NCBI GenBank assembly: GCA_002269645.1 | Contig: NIVC01002078.1 | Coordinates: 62,001 to 126,000 of the forward strand | DNA: 64,000 nucleotides | Direction: 5' to 3' | Source of the DNA: Macrostomum lignano | Lineage: Eukaryota | Shown here: one piece after another, positions 36,501 to 48,000 of the stretch | How positions within the stretch are numbered: the stretch's first letter is position 1 | Layout: the number at the start of each line of letters is the position of its first letter | The notes under the pieces: generated by a model | Databases searched by the model: none | Seen by the model: the letters and a program-made list of their open reading frames with translations, nothing else | Told to the model about the DNA's origin: nothing | Made by a program: the position numbers and the translations under genes

Positions 36501-38494
36501 TTATTAGTCCCGTCTCCCACCTGTCTATCAGTCCCATCTCCCACCTGTCCATCAGTCCCATCTCCCACCTGACCATCAGTCCCATCTCCCACCTGTCTAT
36601 CAGTCCCATCTCCCACCTGTCTATCTATTCCATCTCCCACCTGTCCATCAGTCCCATCTCCCACCTGTCCATCTGTTCCATCTCCCACCTGTCTATCAGT
36701 CCCATCTCCCACCTGACCATCAGTCCCATCTCCCACCTGTTTATCTGTTCCATCTCCCACCTGTAATTGATTGAAGGCTACAAAATAATGCAAAGTTTCC
36801 ATCCGCACTCAGGATGATTACGTATTGCTGGAAGGTCAGCTGATTCCGTTGCGCTGGCTGGCTCCAGAGAATTTCAATTTCAACACAGAGGAGTCCAACG
36901 GCAGTCTGAAAGTTAAAGATCACTCACTCGAGACTAATGTGTGGTGAGTGAGTGCTTTTACGAAAGTTAACATGATCTTTATCCTTACATTACAATAGAA
37001 GCCTAAAGAGTCGTCTGAAAATTCGCTCTTGCTGTCGTCTAAAATCGCCCTCTCATTACACAGAGAATCGCCCTCTAATTCCACAAAGAATTGCCCTCGA
37101 ATTACACAGAGAATCTCCCTCTCATTACACAGAGAATCGCCCTCAAATTACACAGAATCGCCCTCTCATTGCACAGAATCGCATTGTAACCGCCGTTCAC
37201 CCGCCATCCACAAAGGTCCATGGGCGTAGTACTCCTTGAAGTGTTCACCATGGCCAGCCAGCCGCTGTCAGGCTACACAGACGAACAGTTGGTGAATCAT
37301 TTAACCAGCTTAACAGCTTCTAAATCTGCCGCCGAGCTCCAGTCGTTTCTTGTTAGCGCACTGACCGCAGATTCGGAAAAGTTTGCCTGTCAGTACAAGT
37401 CAACTAGTCAGCTGTGGCAGCTGTAAGTGACTGTTGTGCGTGTGAAAGTTTTTGTTCTAATAGTAATAAGAGGCGTCGCCATGGATTTTATGGTGGGGGG
37501 ACAAAGCCAAGAATTTAACACGTACATGACTAAATTCCTACATGCCAGTATTTTGAGAATCGGTGTTGTCAGCGCTTATTTTGGCGCTGCAGGCACTCAT
37601 TTTAGCGCCGCAGACACTCATTTTAGCGCCGCATACACTCATTTAGCGCCACAGGCACTCATTTTGGCGCCGCAGGCACTCATTTTAGCGCCGCAGGCAC
37701 TCATTTAGCGCCACAGGCACTCATTTTGGCGCCGCAGGCACTCAGTTTAGCGCCGCAGGCACTCAGTTTAGCGCCGCAGGCACTCATTTAGCGCCGCAGG
37801 CACTCAGTTTAGCGCCGCAGGCACTCATTTAGCGCGCAGGCACTCAGTTTAGCGCCGCACACTCATTTGGCGCCGCAGGCACTCATTTAGCGCCGCAGGC
37901 ACTCATTTTGGAGCCGCAGGCACTCATTTTAGCGCCGACGGCGGCGCTATATTTAGGCGCCTGAAGAAATATTTTTGATACCACAACGGGTCACAAGGTG
38001 GGGTGGAGGAGAAAAAGCATTGGCATGTCCCCCCTGCCCCCCCCCCCCGGTGGCTCCTGATGGTAATGTAATTTTCTATCAGCAATTCCCTCTAATCACT
38101 TTAGTAATTGCCTTGATCATCATCTATAATTACTTTGATAACTACCTCGGTTGAAGTAATCAAACCAAATAGCATTGCCAATCACATTTAATGACATCTA
38201 ACCACGTTAATAATCATAACCATGCACCCCTAGTTACTTTGATAATCGCCTTCAATCATCTTCATAAACACGCCTCAAAGCACATTGATACTCAAATCCT
38301 TAATACATGGAGAATCGTTTCAAATAACTTACCACCGTAAATACTAATCTGAAATATATTTCAGGCAGGAATTGCGCAACCGCTGCTGGAGCTCGGAAAG
38401 ACCCTCGGCTGGTCAGCTGTTCGATCAAATCGATAAACTTTTTAAGTTAGCTTCATCAACCAGCCCGGCTGTGAGTTCAACTGCAGCTTACTAA
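33570..38494 (+). CDS. LMTK: LMTK/AATK-family single-pass membrane kinase-like protein (probable pseudokinase); exons 33570-33704, 33781-34066, 35413-35711, 36251-36472, 36813-36943, 37216-37422, 38365-38494; 469 aa predicted
   Basis: N-terminal TM followed by CTSCCK. Kinase motifs RKHLFFLSELGQAWFGPV, PYLAVME, DLKSYLRS, YQDIGARNC, VKIGDYG, IPLRWLAPE, NVWSMGV, CW..ERP. The WFG loop and DYG are LMTK hallmarks. All splice phases are compatible (total 1410 nt). Confidence 0.88.
34160..35400. repeat. 24-bp minisatellite (GACAGTCGTGTCCATCAGCTGTTA) filling kinase intron 2
   Basis: Directly visible tandem units. Confidence 0.95.
35770..36085. repeat. 24-bp minisatellite (CCATCAGTCCCATCTCCTACATGT) in kinase intron 3
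   Basis: Directly visible tandem units. Confidence 0.9.
36500..36765. repeat. 24-bp minisatellite of the same family as 35770-36085, in kinase intron 4
   Basis: CCATCAGTCCCATCTCCCACCTGT units. Confidence 0.9.
37040..37180. repeat. About 23-bp degenerate minisatellite (AGAATCGCCCTCTCATTACAC) in kinase intron 5
   Basis: About 6 units; shares AGAATCGCCCT and TCTCATT with the reverse complement of the 26-bp satellite at 1-2386. Confidence 0.8.
37469..38055. mobile_element. Degenerate MITE-like insert with internal ~21-bp repeat (GCGCCGCAGGCACTCATTTTA, 37590-37940) in kinase intron 6
   Basis: The internal tandem array is clear. GC-rich ends with G-run/C-run subterminal motifs resemble the 60388 MITE. 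TIR and TSD are imperfect. Confidence 0.5.
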
Positions 38495-38594
38495 TTTTTA
38501 CTAGAATTAAGCAACTCACACGAAGTTCTTACTGTCAACTACTTGATCCTCCTTTAAGGTCACTTGTTAATTTTTTATATTTCCGTCACTTTCT

Positions 38595-39320
38595 TCCATG
38601 TACACTAGCTCTCGACCAGCCCCACTGTCTCTGCCCACTCTCTCTGCCCATGTACACTAGCTCTCGACCAGCCCCACTCTCTCTGCCCCATGTACACTAG
38701 CTCTCGACCAGCCCCACTGTCTCTGCCCATGTACACTAGCTCTCGACCAGCCCCACTGTCTCTGCCCATGTACACTAGCTCTCGACCAGCCCCACTGTCT
38801 CTGCCCATGTACACTAGCTCTCGACCAGCCCCACTGTCTCTGCCCATGTACACTAGCTCTCGACCAGCCCCACTCTCTCTGCCCATGTACACTAGCTCTC
38901 GACCAGCCCCACTCTCTCTGCCCCATGTACACTAGCTCTCGACCAGCCCCACTCTCTCTGCCCATGTACACTAGCTCTCGACCAGCCCCACTCTCTCTGC
39001 CCCATGTACACTAGCTCTCGACCAGCCCCACTCTCTCTGCCCATGTACACTAGCTCTCGACCAGCCCCACTCTCTCTGCCCCATGTACACTAGCTCTCGA
39101 CCAGCCCCACTGTCTCTGCCCATGTACACTAGCTCTCGACCAGCCCCACTCTCTCTGCCCCATGTACACTAGCTCTCGACCAGCCCCACTCTCTCTGCCC
39201 CATGTACACTACAGCTCTCGACCAGCCCCACTCTCTGCCCCAATGTACACTACAGCTCTCGAACAGCCCCACTCTCTCTGCCCCAATGTACACTACAGCT
39301 CTCGAACAGCCCCACTGACT
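38595..39320. repeat. 39-40-bp minisatellite (CATGTACACTAGCTCTCGACCAGCCCCACTGTCTCTGCC)
   Basis: Directly visible tandem units. Confidence 0.95.
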
Positions 39321-42039
39321 ATCTGTCAATCAGCCTTGATCAAGCTGTAGAATATATTGTTGTGTTCCTATGTTGCTCATGTAGACCAAATTTGTTGATT
39401 TCATTAAAGCAGAACTTCTTTGTGATCCAATATCAAGAATTATACTTCCCATGTTATGAGAATTCTATGAACTTTTTGTTTTTTCCAGAATTTATGCGAG
39501 CTATATTTTCAGCAAATCTCTATCAAAAATTGTATTCTTTTTGATTTTTTAAATTCAATCTTCCATTTATGCAGTATTTCCTCTGCCTTGCAAGTATTTA
39601 CAGGGACCATTTAACAAGAATGGCGGAATTGATTTTTTCTTTCGTGTTCTTTTTTCTGCTTTTTTGCTTCTGCAAGTGCCTTTTCTTCTTGCTTCCTTTT
39701 TTGCGGCAATATGTGCAAGATTCGATATATAAGAGTACAATGAATTGCCAAAATTAGCCGATTCATTTTAATGATCCAACTCCGAGATAATTTGCGAATG
39801 ACAATCAACGTGCGGCATTTTGATTATTCCATTGTGCAAATCTAATTTTACCTGTACTTGACCAGACCAGATTACCGTAAATAATTGGATTAGCACGAAC
39901 ACAAAAGCAAATATATACCAGTCATCATGAATTGATCAAAGTTGATCCAATCTAATCACACCTGTTTATCTCTGCGCTGGAGTTCTGCTTTCTTATTATT
40001 TTAACACGCCATGACAAATAATGCTGAAACTGTCTAAACATACTACTAATTGGTGCCAGTAGTAGTTGCGCTATTAAGGACGATGTGTGGCTTTGCCAGT
40101 TGCTAAAAAATACGTTTCAAAGGCGGCCATACTGTAGACATTATAAAGGTGTAAATACGATGGAGTGAGCAACGTGAGCAAGTGAGTCGGAGACTGTACT
40201 ATAACTATAAGAGTGCGTGAGTGTGCTAATTAATTCAATCGAAAATTATTGTCTTATAAACAGATGCAATAAATTGATCAATTCGCGTAGAGCTAAGGGT
40301 AGAGCGACAAATGAAATAATTTAACAACACATTAAAAAACTTTTGTACTATCCTACTCATAGTAACGAACTCCTTATTATGGTAATGTACACTACTTTTT
40401 ATTATTCTAATAAAGTCGCTACCTACAACACAGATCGAGTTGGAGTTATTCAAAAGAGAAAAAAATTAAATTCGCGCAAAAAGATGACAGGGAGAAATGA
40501 ATGAAAAAACAAACAAACAAAAACTGAAGTTAGCCTTCTTAGTGGCCTAGTTAAAAGATGGTTCAATAGTATTTATAACTACTGCTCAAGCACTTGAGAG
40601 TTCGGTCTTCAAGCGAAACCACCAGGGAGACATGTAAAACGGGCATCAGCTGACAGCAAGATGTAGGTGTCGGCTCAGGATTATGGGTCAATTCAATTAT
40701 GATAATAAGCAAAAATGCCTACCAATTATGTAAGTTATGTAAATATTAAAAAATTACAGGGCAGCATGTTGCAGAACAGGTGTACGCTACAAGTACTAAT
40801 ATATCTATACCATAGTTTTTTACTTTTTAGTATTTTTAGATTTTTTTGTTGAAACTTTGTCATCTTTCTTTTGCTCAAAAAGATGGTCGACTTTTAGGAA
40901 AACAGAAAAAGTCAGGACGATGGGTCAAGTTAGTCTGGGAAAAATAAAATATGCTGCTTGATATGAATATGTGACAGACACCTGGGCTAATTGTGAAAAT
41001 TAACCAAATAAAGAGAAAGACGAAAATATTTCGCCAGTATGAAAATTTGGTAGGCAATTGGCATTAAGAAAATATTCAAATGATGTTGATTATTTATACG
41101 GCTAATCCTGTCTAACTGCAAAAATTTGATTGTATTGAGAACAATTTAATAAAAAACAGAAGAAACAATGAAGAATAAGCCAATTCGAGTCTTTAGATTA
41201 TTTTTCCCAGTTCTTATAAGTTTGAAGAAGAGAGACATTGTAAATAGAAGAATATGCGCAAATTTTTATGTAAGAAAATAAAGTGGTTGATCATTAATAT
41301 TTTTTCTAAATCTAAAGTTGACAATGCAAATGTATATACGTAGATATACATCTTATATTGCAGTTTTAGCGAGATAGCCAAAATATGTAACTGATGCATG
41401 AATAATAAAATGTCTTCTTAAGGCTGGATAGATTTCAACTAAAATGATTTATTATTATTAGAGATACTGATTGAAGCTAAACAACAACGAACAAGTATTC
41501 GATTGGCTGAAAGCTGATGGGGCAAAATGAATTCTCACTACAAAATAGTTACTAGGCCAAACTATTAAATGGGAAAGAGCTTATTAAATAATGAAAGATA
41601 GGTAGAAATTGAAATATTTCAAAGTTCAAGGTGTACTTGCGCACAGGAAACTAGCGATCATATTTCTGGCTACACCTGGGGCACAGGATCCCGGTAGCCG
41701 AGAAACTAAAAGTAACCAATTTAACGGCAAGTGTTTGCTTCTTTAAGGCAGACAAAAAACTACTATGAATAGTAAATGTAGGTTGGTAATAAAGGAAAAA
41801 AATAGAATTATTTTACCTCGCTAAGGTGTGGCAAAAAAGTGTGCAGCACTGGGCTAAATTTCCGCAAAAACAAGCTAGAGACACGGTTTGAGCAAAGTTC
41901 GTGTCATTCTATTACTATAGACAAGCATACTATATTAACAAAACTAAACCTCTAGCAAACTGGTATGGAGTTCTAATACAATAAATTTGCTACGAAAAAA
42001 GTCCAGCCGAAACAGAGGCCAGGAGGGCTGATTTTGAAA

Positions 42040-45000
42040 TCAGTCCAGAACCTCCTGTTTAAGAGCCGCTGAATTGTCTTCACCTTCACCTTCAACGGCA
42101 GCGGCGGAGGCGGCGGCCGCGGTGGCAGACGAATCGTCAGCAGCGGCGGCCACAGCCGCCTGACCTTCGGGCTGCTGCAAATCGGCGATGGAGGCCAAGT
42201 GGGCGCGGATTTTGTCCAGATCGCACGAGCTCAACTGGATGAAGAATATGCCATTAACTAGGTTGAGAGTCTCCAATAAATTGCTCAGATTTGGCGTCTG
42301 GATCTGCAACGGGCAGAGGCCGCCGGCCTTTTTGCCGGCTTGCAAATCGCGGACGCGCTTCTCGAACACGACAGCCTGCCGGGTCAGGTGGGTGATGCAG
42401 TCGAACGATTCTTTGGTGCGCTCGTTCTCCTCGCCAAGGCGCTCGCGATAGATTGTGTAGCACTCCTGCTCAGCGGGTGTTTGGAGGGGGGCGACAGCGC
42501 TTTTGCAACGTATGCTAATATATCAGATAATACTAATAGTGTCTAAGGTATAAGAAACACTCACTGATATATAATGTTTTTACATTAATCTTTCCTTTGC
42601 ATCTGATACCCTATCTTCCCTTCTCTCCCCTACATTTTCCTTTCTGTTTTGATTCTATTTTCTCCGACTGCTCTGATCTTTTTTTATCTTTCCCACTGCT
42701 CTGATTCTCCACCTTCCCCACCACTCTAATCCTTTATCTTCCCCACCACTCTAATCCTTTATCTTCCCCACCACTCTGATCCTTTATCTTCCCCACCACT
42801 CTGATCTCTATCTTCCCCACTTCTCTGATCCTCTATCTTCCCCACTTCTCTGATCCTCTATCATCCCCACTTCTCTGATCCTCTATCTTCCCCACTGCTC
42901 TGATCCTCTATCTTCCCCACCACTGATTCTCTATCTTCCCCACTTCCCTATTGCCTATCTTCCCCTCTACTCAAAAAAGTATCAATCGATCTAACCTTCT
43001 CGGCCTGCAGAGCGGCCCTGAAATCGGCTTTGCAGCTGTGCGTGCGAGCAATCAGATGATGACTAAGCGCCGATTTCAGACTCCTCGGACCGTATAGAAG
43101 AGTATTAATACGCAGGGCGCTAGTTAGATACTGCAACGAGCGATCTAAATCTTCTACAGCGTGCAGCATCAGGCCGATATTAGAATCGATAGTTGGCGTC
43201 TCCGGGTGCAGCTCGCCGTGGCACAGTACTGACAGGTAGCGGCAGCGATACATCAAAGCCAGCGCATTGTCAAACTGGCCAAGGGCGAAGGCGTACAAGC
43301 CCAAGTGAGCGTAGTCGGCAGCCGCCTGGGCGGAATCGATGCCGAACACTTTCTCGCTGATAATGACGGCTTTCTGTTGCTGCTGCAGAGCCATGCCGTA
43401 GTCGCCTAATAGGTAGGATAGCCGGCCAAGCAGGCGCTGACAGCTGGCCGTGTCGCTGTGAACGGGGCCGTACACCGAGGTCAACAGGTTCAAGCTCTCG
43501 CAGATGAGCTCCTGGCCTTCGGTTAATTGGCCGGCGCTGATTCTCTGCTGGCCAATGTGGAACAGCTGGTAGGCGTCTGAGGCTTTGGGATGGACGCATT
43601 TCACCTGCGGATGCGGTTCGGCTTCTTTTAGGTAATGGTGCGGCAATGGCAAAGAGATCTTTTAGCATCACAAGTAGTCGGATTGACAAGGACTACTAAT
43701 TAGTTTCTGCACATGCATGTACCAGTGTCTGTATGGTATCTGTATTTGTATTAGCAACACAAATCATTGATCCACCGGTTGGATGAATTAACAGACTGAT
43801 TCAATTGTTAATCTGTCAGTTTGAGATGGATTAACAGACTGATTCAATTGTTAATCTGTCAGTTTGAGATGGACTAACAAAGACTGATTCAATTGTTAAT
43901 CTACCAGTTTGAGATGGATTAACCAAGACTGATGTATACATTCTCCTCCTTTTCCCAGTGTGGCTATGGAAAAGTAAGTCCGAGGATGCATTTCTCAGGC
44001 CGAGGCGATTAACCAAGACTGATTCAATTGTTAATCTACCAGTTTGAGATGGATTAACAAAGACTGATTCAATTGTTAATCTGCCCAGTGTTACATCACA
44101 AAGACTGCACTAATCCCAAAATTATAGTATCTGAATTTAACAACAAAGCCTAATCTGTCAGTACAAAACGCTTACCACTGGGAACAGCGAGACAATGTCG
44201 TCCTCGCGAAAGGTCAAATGCTTGGTAGAATCGAACGAATACTCGCGCAAAGCCAGCTGAATTCCAAGGGTTACGCACACGGAGCGCAGCAGAGAATACT
44301 TGGATAGAGAGGCCAGCTTCTGCTCGTCAGCATTGAGTCCGTACAGCCTGGCCAGACTGCGAGAACAAGCCGTCTCGAATTCTTCCAAGCTGCCAATGGA
44401 TTTATTGACAAATTCAAAGTTTGAGGACACGTGATAGTAGTTAGTGAGCTCCTCAATGATGCAGCCCCAGAAGCTGGTGCTGTTGTGTTGAACGAATGCC
44501 AGGCCCTGAAATGGTTCAGTCAGAGAAAAATTGGTGGTTTTATGAAGGAAGCTTGTCCGATGGTCAGTGTACATTGGGGGAGAGGGGGGGAAGAGGGCTG
44601 GCCAATAGACAGTGTACATTGGGTGAGAGGGGGGAAGGAGAGAGCCGGCCGATAGTCAGTGTACATTGTGGTGAGGAGGGAGGAGAGAGCTAGCCGATAG
44701 TCAGTGTACATTGGGGTGAGGAGGGAGGAGAGAGCTAGCCGATAGTCAGTGCACATTGGGGTGAGGAGGGAGGAGAGAGCTAGCCGATAGTCAGTGTAGA
44801 TTGGGGTGAGGAGGGAGGAGAGAGCTAGCCGATAGTCAGTGTACATTGGGGTGAGGAGGGGAAGGAGAAAGCTGGCCGATAGTGTACATTGGGATGAGAG
44901 GGGGGAGGAGAGAGCAGGCCGATAGTCAGTGTACATTGGGGTGAGGAGGGAGGAGAGAGCTAGCCGATAGTCAGTGTACATTGGGGTGAGGAGGGAGGAG

Positions 45001-48000
45001 AGAGCTAGCCGATAGTCAGTGTACATTGGGGTGAGGAGGGGAAGGAGAAAGCTGGCCGATAGTGTACATTGGGATGAGAGGGGGAGGAGAGAGCAGGCCG
45101 ATAGTCAGTGTACATTGGGGTGAGAGGGGGGAAGAGAGAGCAGGCCGATAGTCAGTGTACTTGGGTTGAGAGGGGGGAGGAGAGGGCTGGCCAATAGCCA
45201 GTGTACATTGGGGTGACCATTAACCAATGTAGATTTGCTGAGAAGGGTTTATTCACATGTACTTTTACTTAATGTACTTTACCTGATCAAACAGATAGGC
45301 ATTTCCGTGACTACTAGCAGACGGGGAGGCCTTCTTCTTAGATTTGCGCCTCACCCTGGACAATTCATCGGAGAACAAGGCCGGCTGCGGCACAGGAGCC
45401 TGACTAAACATACAATTGAGCAGGTGACACACCGCGGTAGCCAGATTGGTGGCTTCAACACCGGCCATTAGGCGGCGCCAGACGTGTTTGATAGACCTGA
45501 CCAGCAGCTGTTGAATAGCCAATGGGAACAGATAGACGCTGGCCCGTTCGGCAGCGGACTCAGCTGGACTATTAGGAGTCTGCTGCTGCTTCTGGGCGGA
45601 CAGATCGGTCTGCAAACGGTTGATGAAAAAGCCTAGGTAGCGCAGGTTGACGCCGTGAGAGTGGAAGGCCCGAGCTAGGGCCGGCCCGTCAGCTGGGGCG
45701 GTGGAGTGGGTGGCCAGCTCGTGAATTAGCAGCGGAATCTGATGGGCCAACAGAAAGTTGGAGGCTTCGTACAGCAGGTCGACATCAGACTGCAGCTCCG
45801 TGCTGGCGTAGTCCGATGAGAAACGGACTGATAGTCTGTAATGAGAGTTGTGAAATTGGTTATGTGAGCGCATTGTAAGTGTGAGAGCGTGCACAACTAT
45901 GAGTGTGTGTACATTGGGGGTGGAGGTTTGTACGGAGCCTGTGTACATTGGGGATAGAGGTTGGTTAAGAGCCTGTGTACATTGGAGGTAGAGGTTTGTT
46001 AGGAGCCTGTGTACATTGGGGGTAGAGGTTTGTTCGGAGACTGTGTACATTGGGGGTAGAGGTTGGTTAAGAGCCTTTGTACATTGGGTTGGGGGTACAG
46101 GTTAGTTAAGAGCCTGTGTACGTTGGGGGTAGAGGTTGGTTAAGAGCCTGTGTACATTGGGGGTGAAGTTGGCTCAGAGCTTTTGTACATTGTGGCAACG
46201 GATTTCTTTCTTAACTTGTAGATCAGGGAAGAGATTAAGCAAAGGTGGATGTTTATCGGTGGTAATTTAGGACGGTTGGCTTATAGACATTTCGCCAAAG
46301 ACTACGGTAAAGTACATTAGGTAAGATTCAGATAAAATCCTACCTAGTCAAAGTGACGTCAGTATTAAATAATGGCAATTGTCCCCTGGCTTCAGCAAAA
46401 GCCTGCAACAACTCGGGCCGTAGGGTGGCCAGCCTGTGCGGATGCTGTAGCGGAAACGGGGCTGGCAGACGCAGCTCCTCATTGCTTGGCGTCAACGGCA
46501 AATCTTTGGAATCGGCCAGGAAAGCGACGTCTGGCGGAAACAGGCGCAACAGGTCGAGAAAGTACAGGCGACCGTCGGAGCCGCGGATGCCTTTGCACTC
46601 GACACTGGTGTGGAATAAGCGCGGCTTGTCGGACTCGTCCAGGACCGAGTGCGGCTTGGACATCAGGACCCGGTGCAGGGACTGCAGCAGCTCGCTGAAC
46701 CTGCCGGATGACAATTTCAAGGGGATGAAAAAGGTTAACGCTGTTATATCGAACTGTGTCCAACTGTGAAGATTACCACTCGATTATGCCTGGATGAAAA
46801 GGGCACTCTTACACTTGGATGAGAAGGGCACTCTCACACCTGGATGAGAAGGGCACTCTTACACCTGGAATGGAAGGGCACCCGCAGACTTACACTTGGG
46901 GGAGAAGGGCACTCTTACACCTGGATGAAAAAGGCACTCTTACACCTGGGGGAGAAGGGCACTCTTACACCTGGGGGAGAAGGGCACTCTTCACCTGGGG
47001 AAGGGCACTTTTACACCTGTGGGGAGAATAGCACTCTTACACCTGGGGGAGAAGGGCACTCTTACACCTGGATGAAAAAGGCACTCTTACACCTGGGGAA
47101 GAAGGGCACTCTTACACCTGGGGGAGAAGGGCACTCTTACACCTGGGGGAGAAGGGCACTCTTCACCTGGGGAAGGGCACTTTTACACCTGTGGGGAGAA
47201 TAGCACTCTTACACCTGGGGGAGAAGGGCACTCTTACACCTGGGGGAGAAGGGCACTCTTACACCTGGGGGAGAAGGACACTCTTACACCTGGGGGAGAA
47301 GGGCACTCTTACACCTGGCCTGGGGGAGAAGGGCACTCTTACACCTGGGGGAGAAGGGCACTCTTACACCTGGGGGAGAAGGGCACTCTTACACCTGGGG
47401 GAGAAGGGCACTCTTACACCTGGGGGAGAAGGGCACTCTTACACCTGGCCTGGGGGAGAAGGGCACTCTTACACCTGGGGGAGAAGGGCACTCTTACACC
47501 TGGGGGAGAAGGGCACTCTTACACCTGGCCTGGGGGAGAAGGGCACTCTTACACCTGGGGGAGAAGGGCACTCTTACACCTGGGGGAAAGGGGAGTGTAA
47601 AGTGGCCGACAAACTCACTTCTCATCTGTAACTATAGTTTTTCCAAAATCAACGGAGCCGTGAATAACCGCCTGCTCCTGATCTTTGTCCAACAATCCGG
47701 GTACAATGCTCTGCACGGTGACGCGAACTCCGCGATAATCAACTAGCACGGTGCCAAGACAGTGCAGCTGATTGTGATCAAGATTGCGCACCGCTCGAAC
47801 GCCTCGCAAATCGGCAGAGGTGGCAGCAAGAGCAGCGGAATCGCCGCCAATATCGGCGTAATGTCCTTTCACATCGTAGCCTAAGCTGAGGAACAGGTTG
47901 TTCCAGATGTACATTCGCTGAGTAGGCGGATCAACGGGATTAATGGCGGGCACGTGACCGTCAAGCACAGCAACGGCGGCCCGAGAAGCAGCGGCAACTA

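Noticed and set aside
39611-39808. Lys-rich ORF (KRKQEEKALAEAKKQKKEHERK) suggesting a coiled-coil exon
   Set aside because: Explained by a T-rich low-complexity tract; no consistent splice sites or recognisable family.
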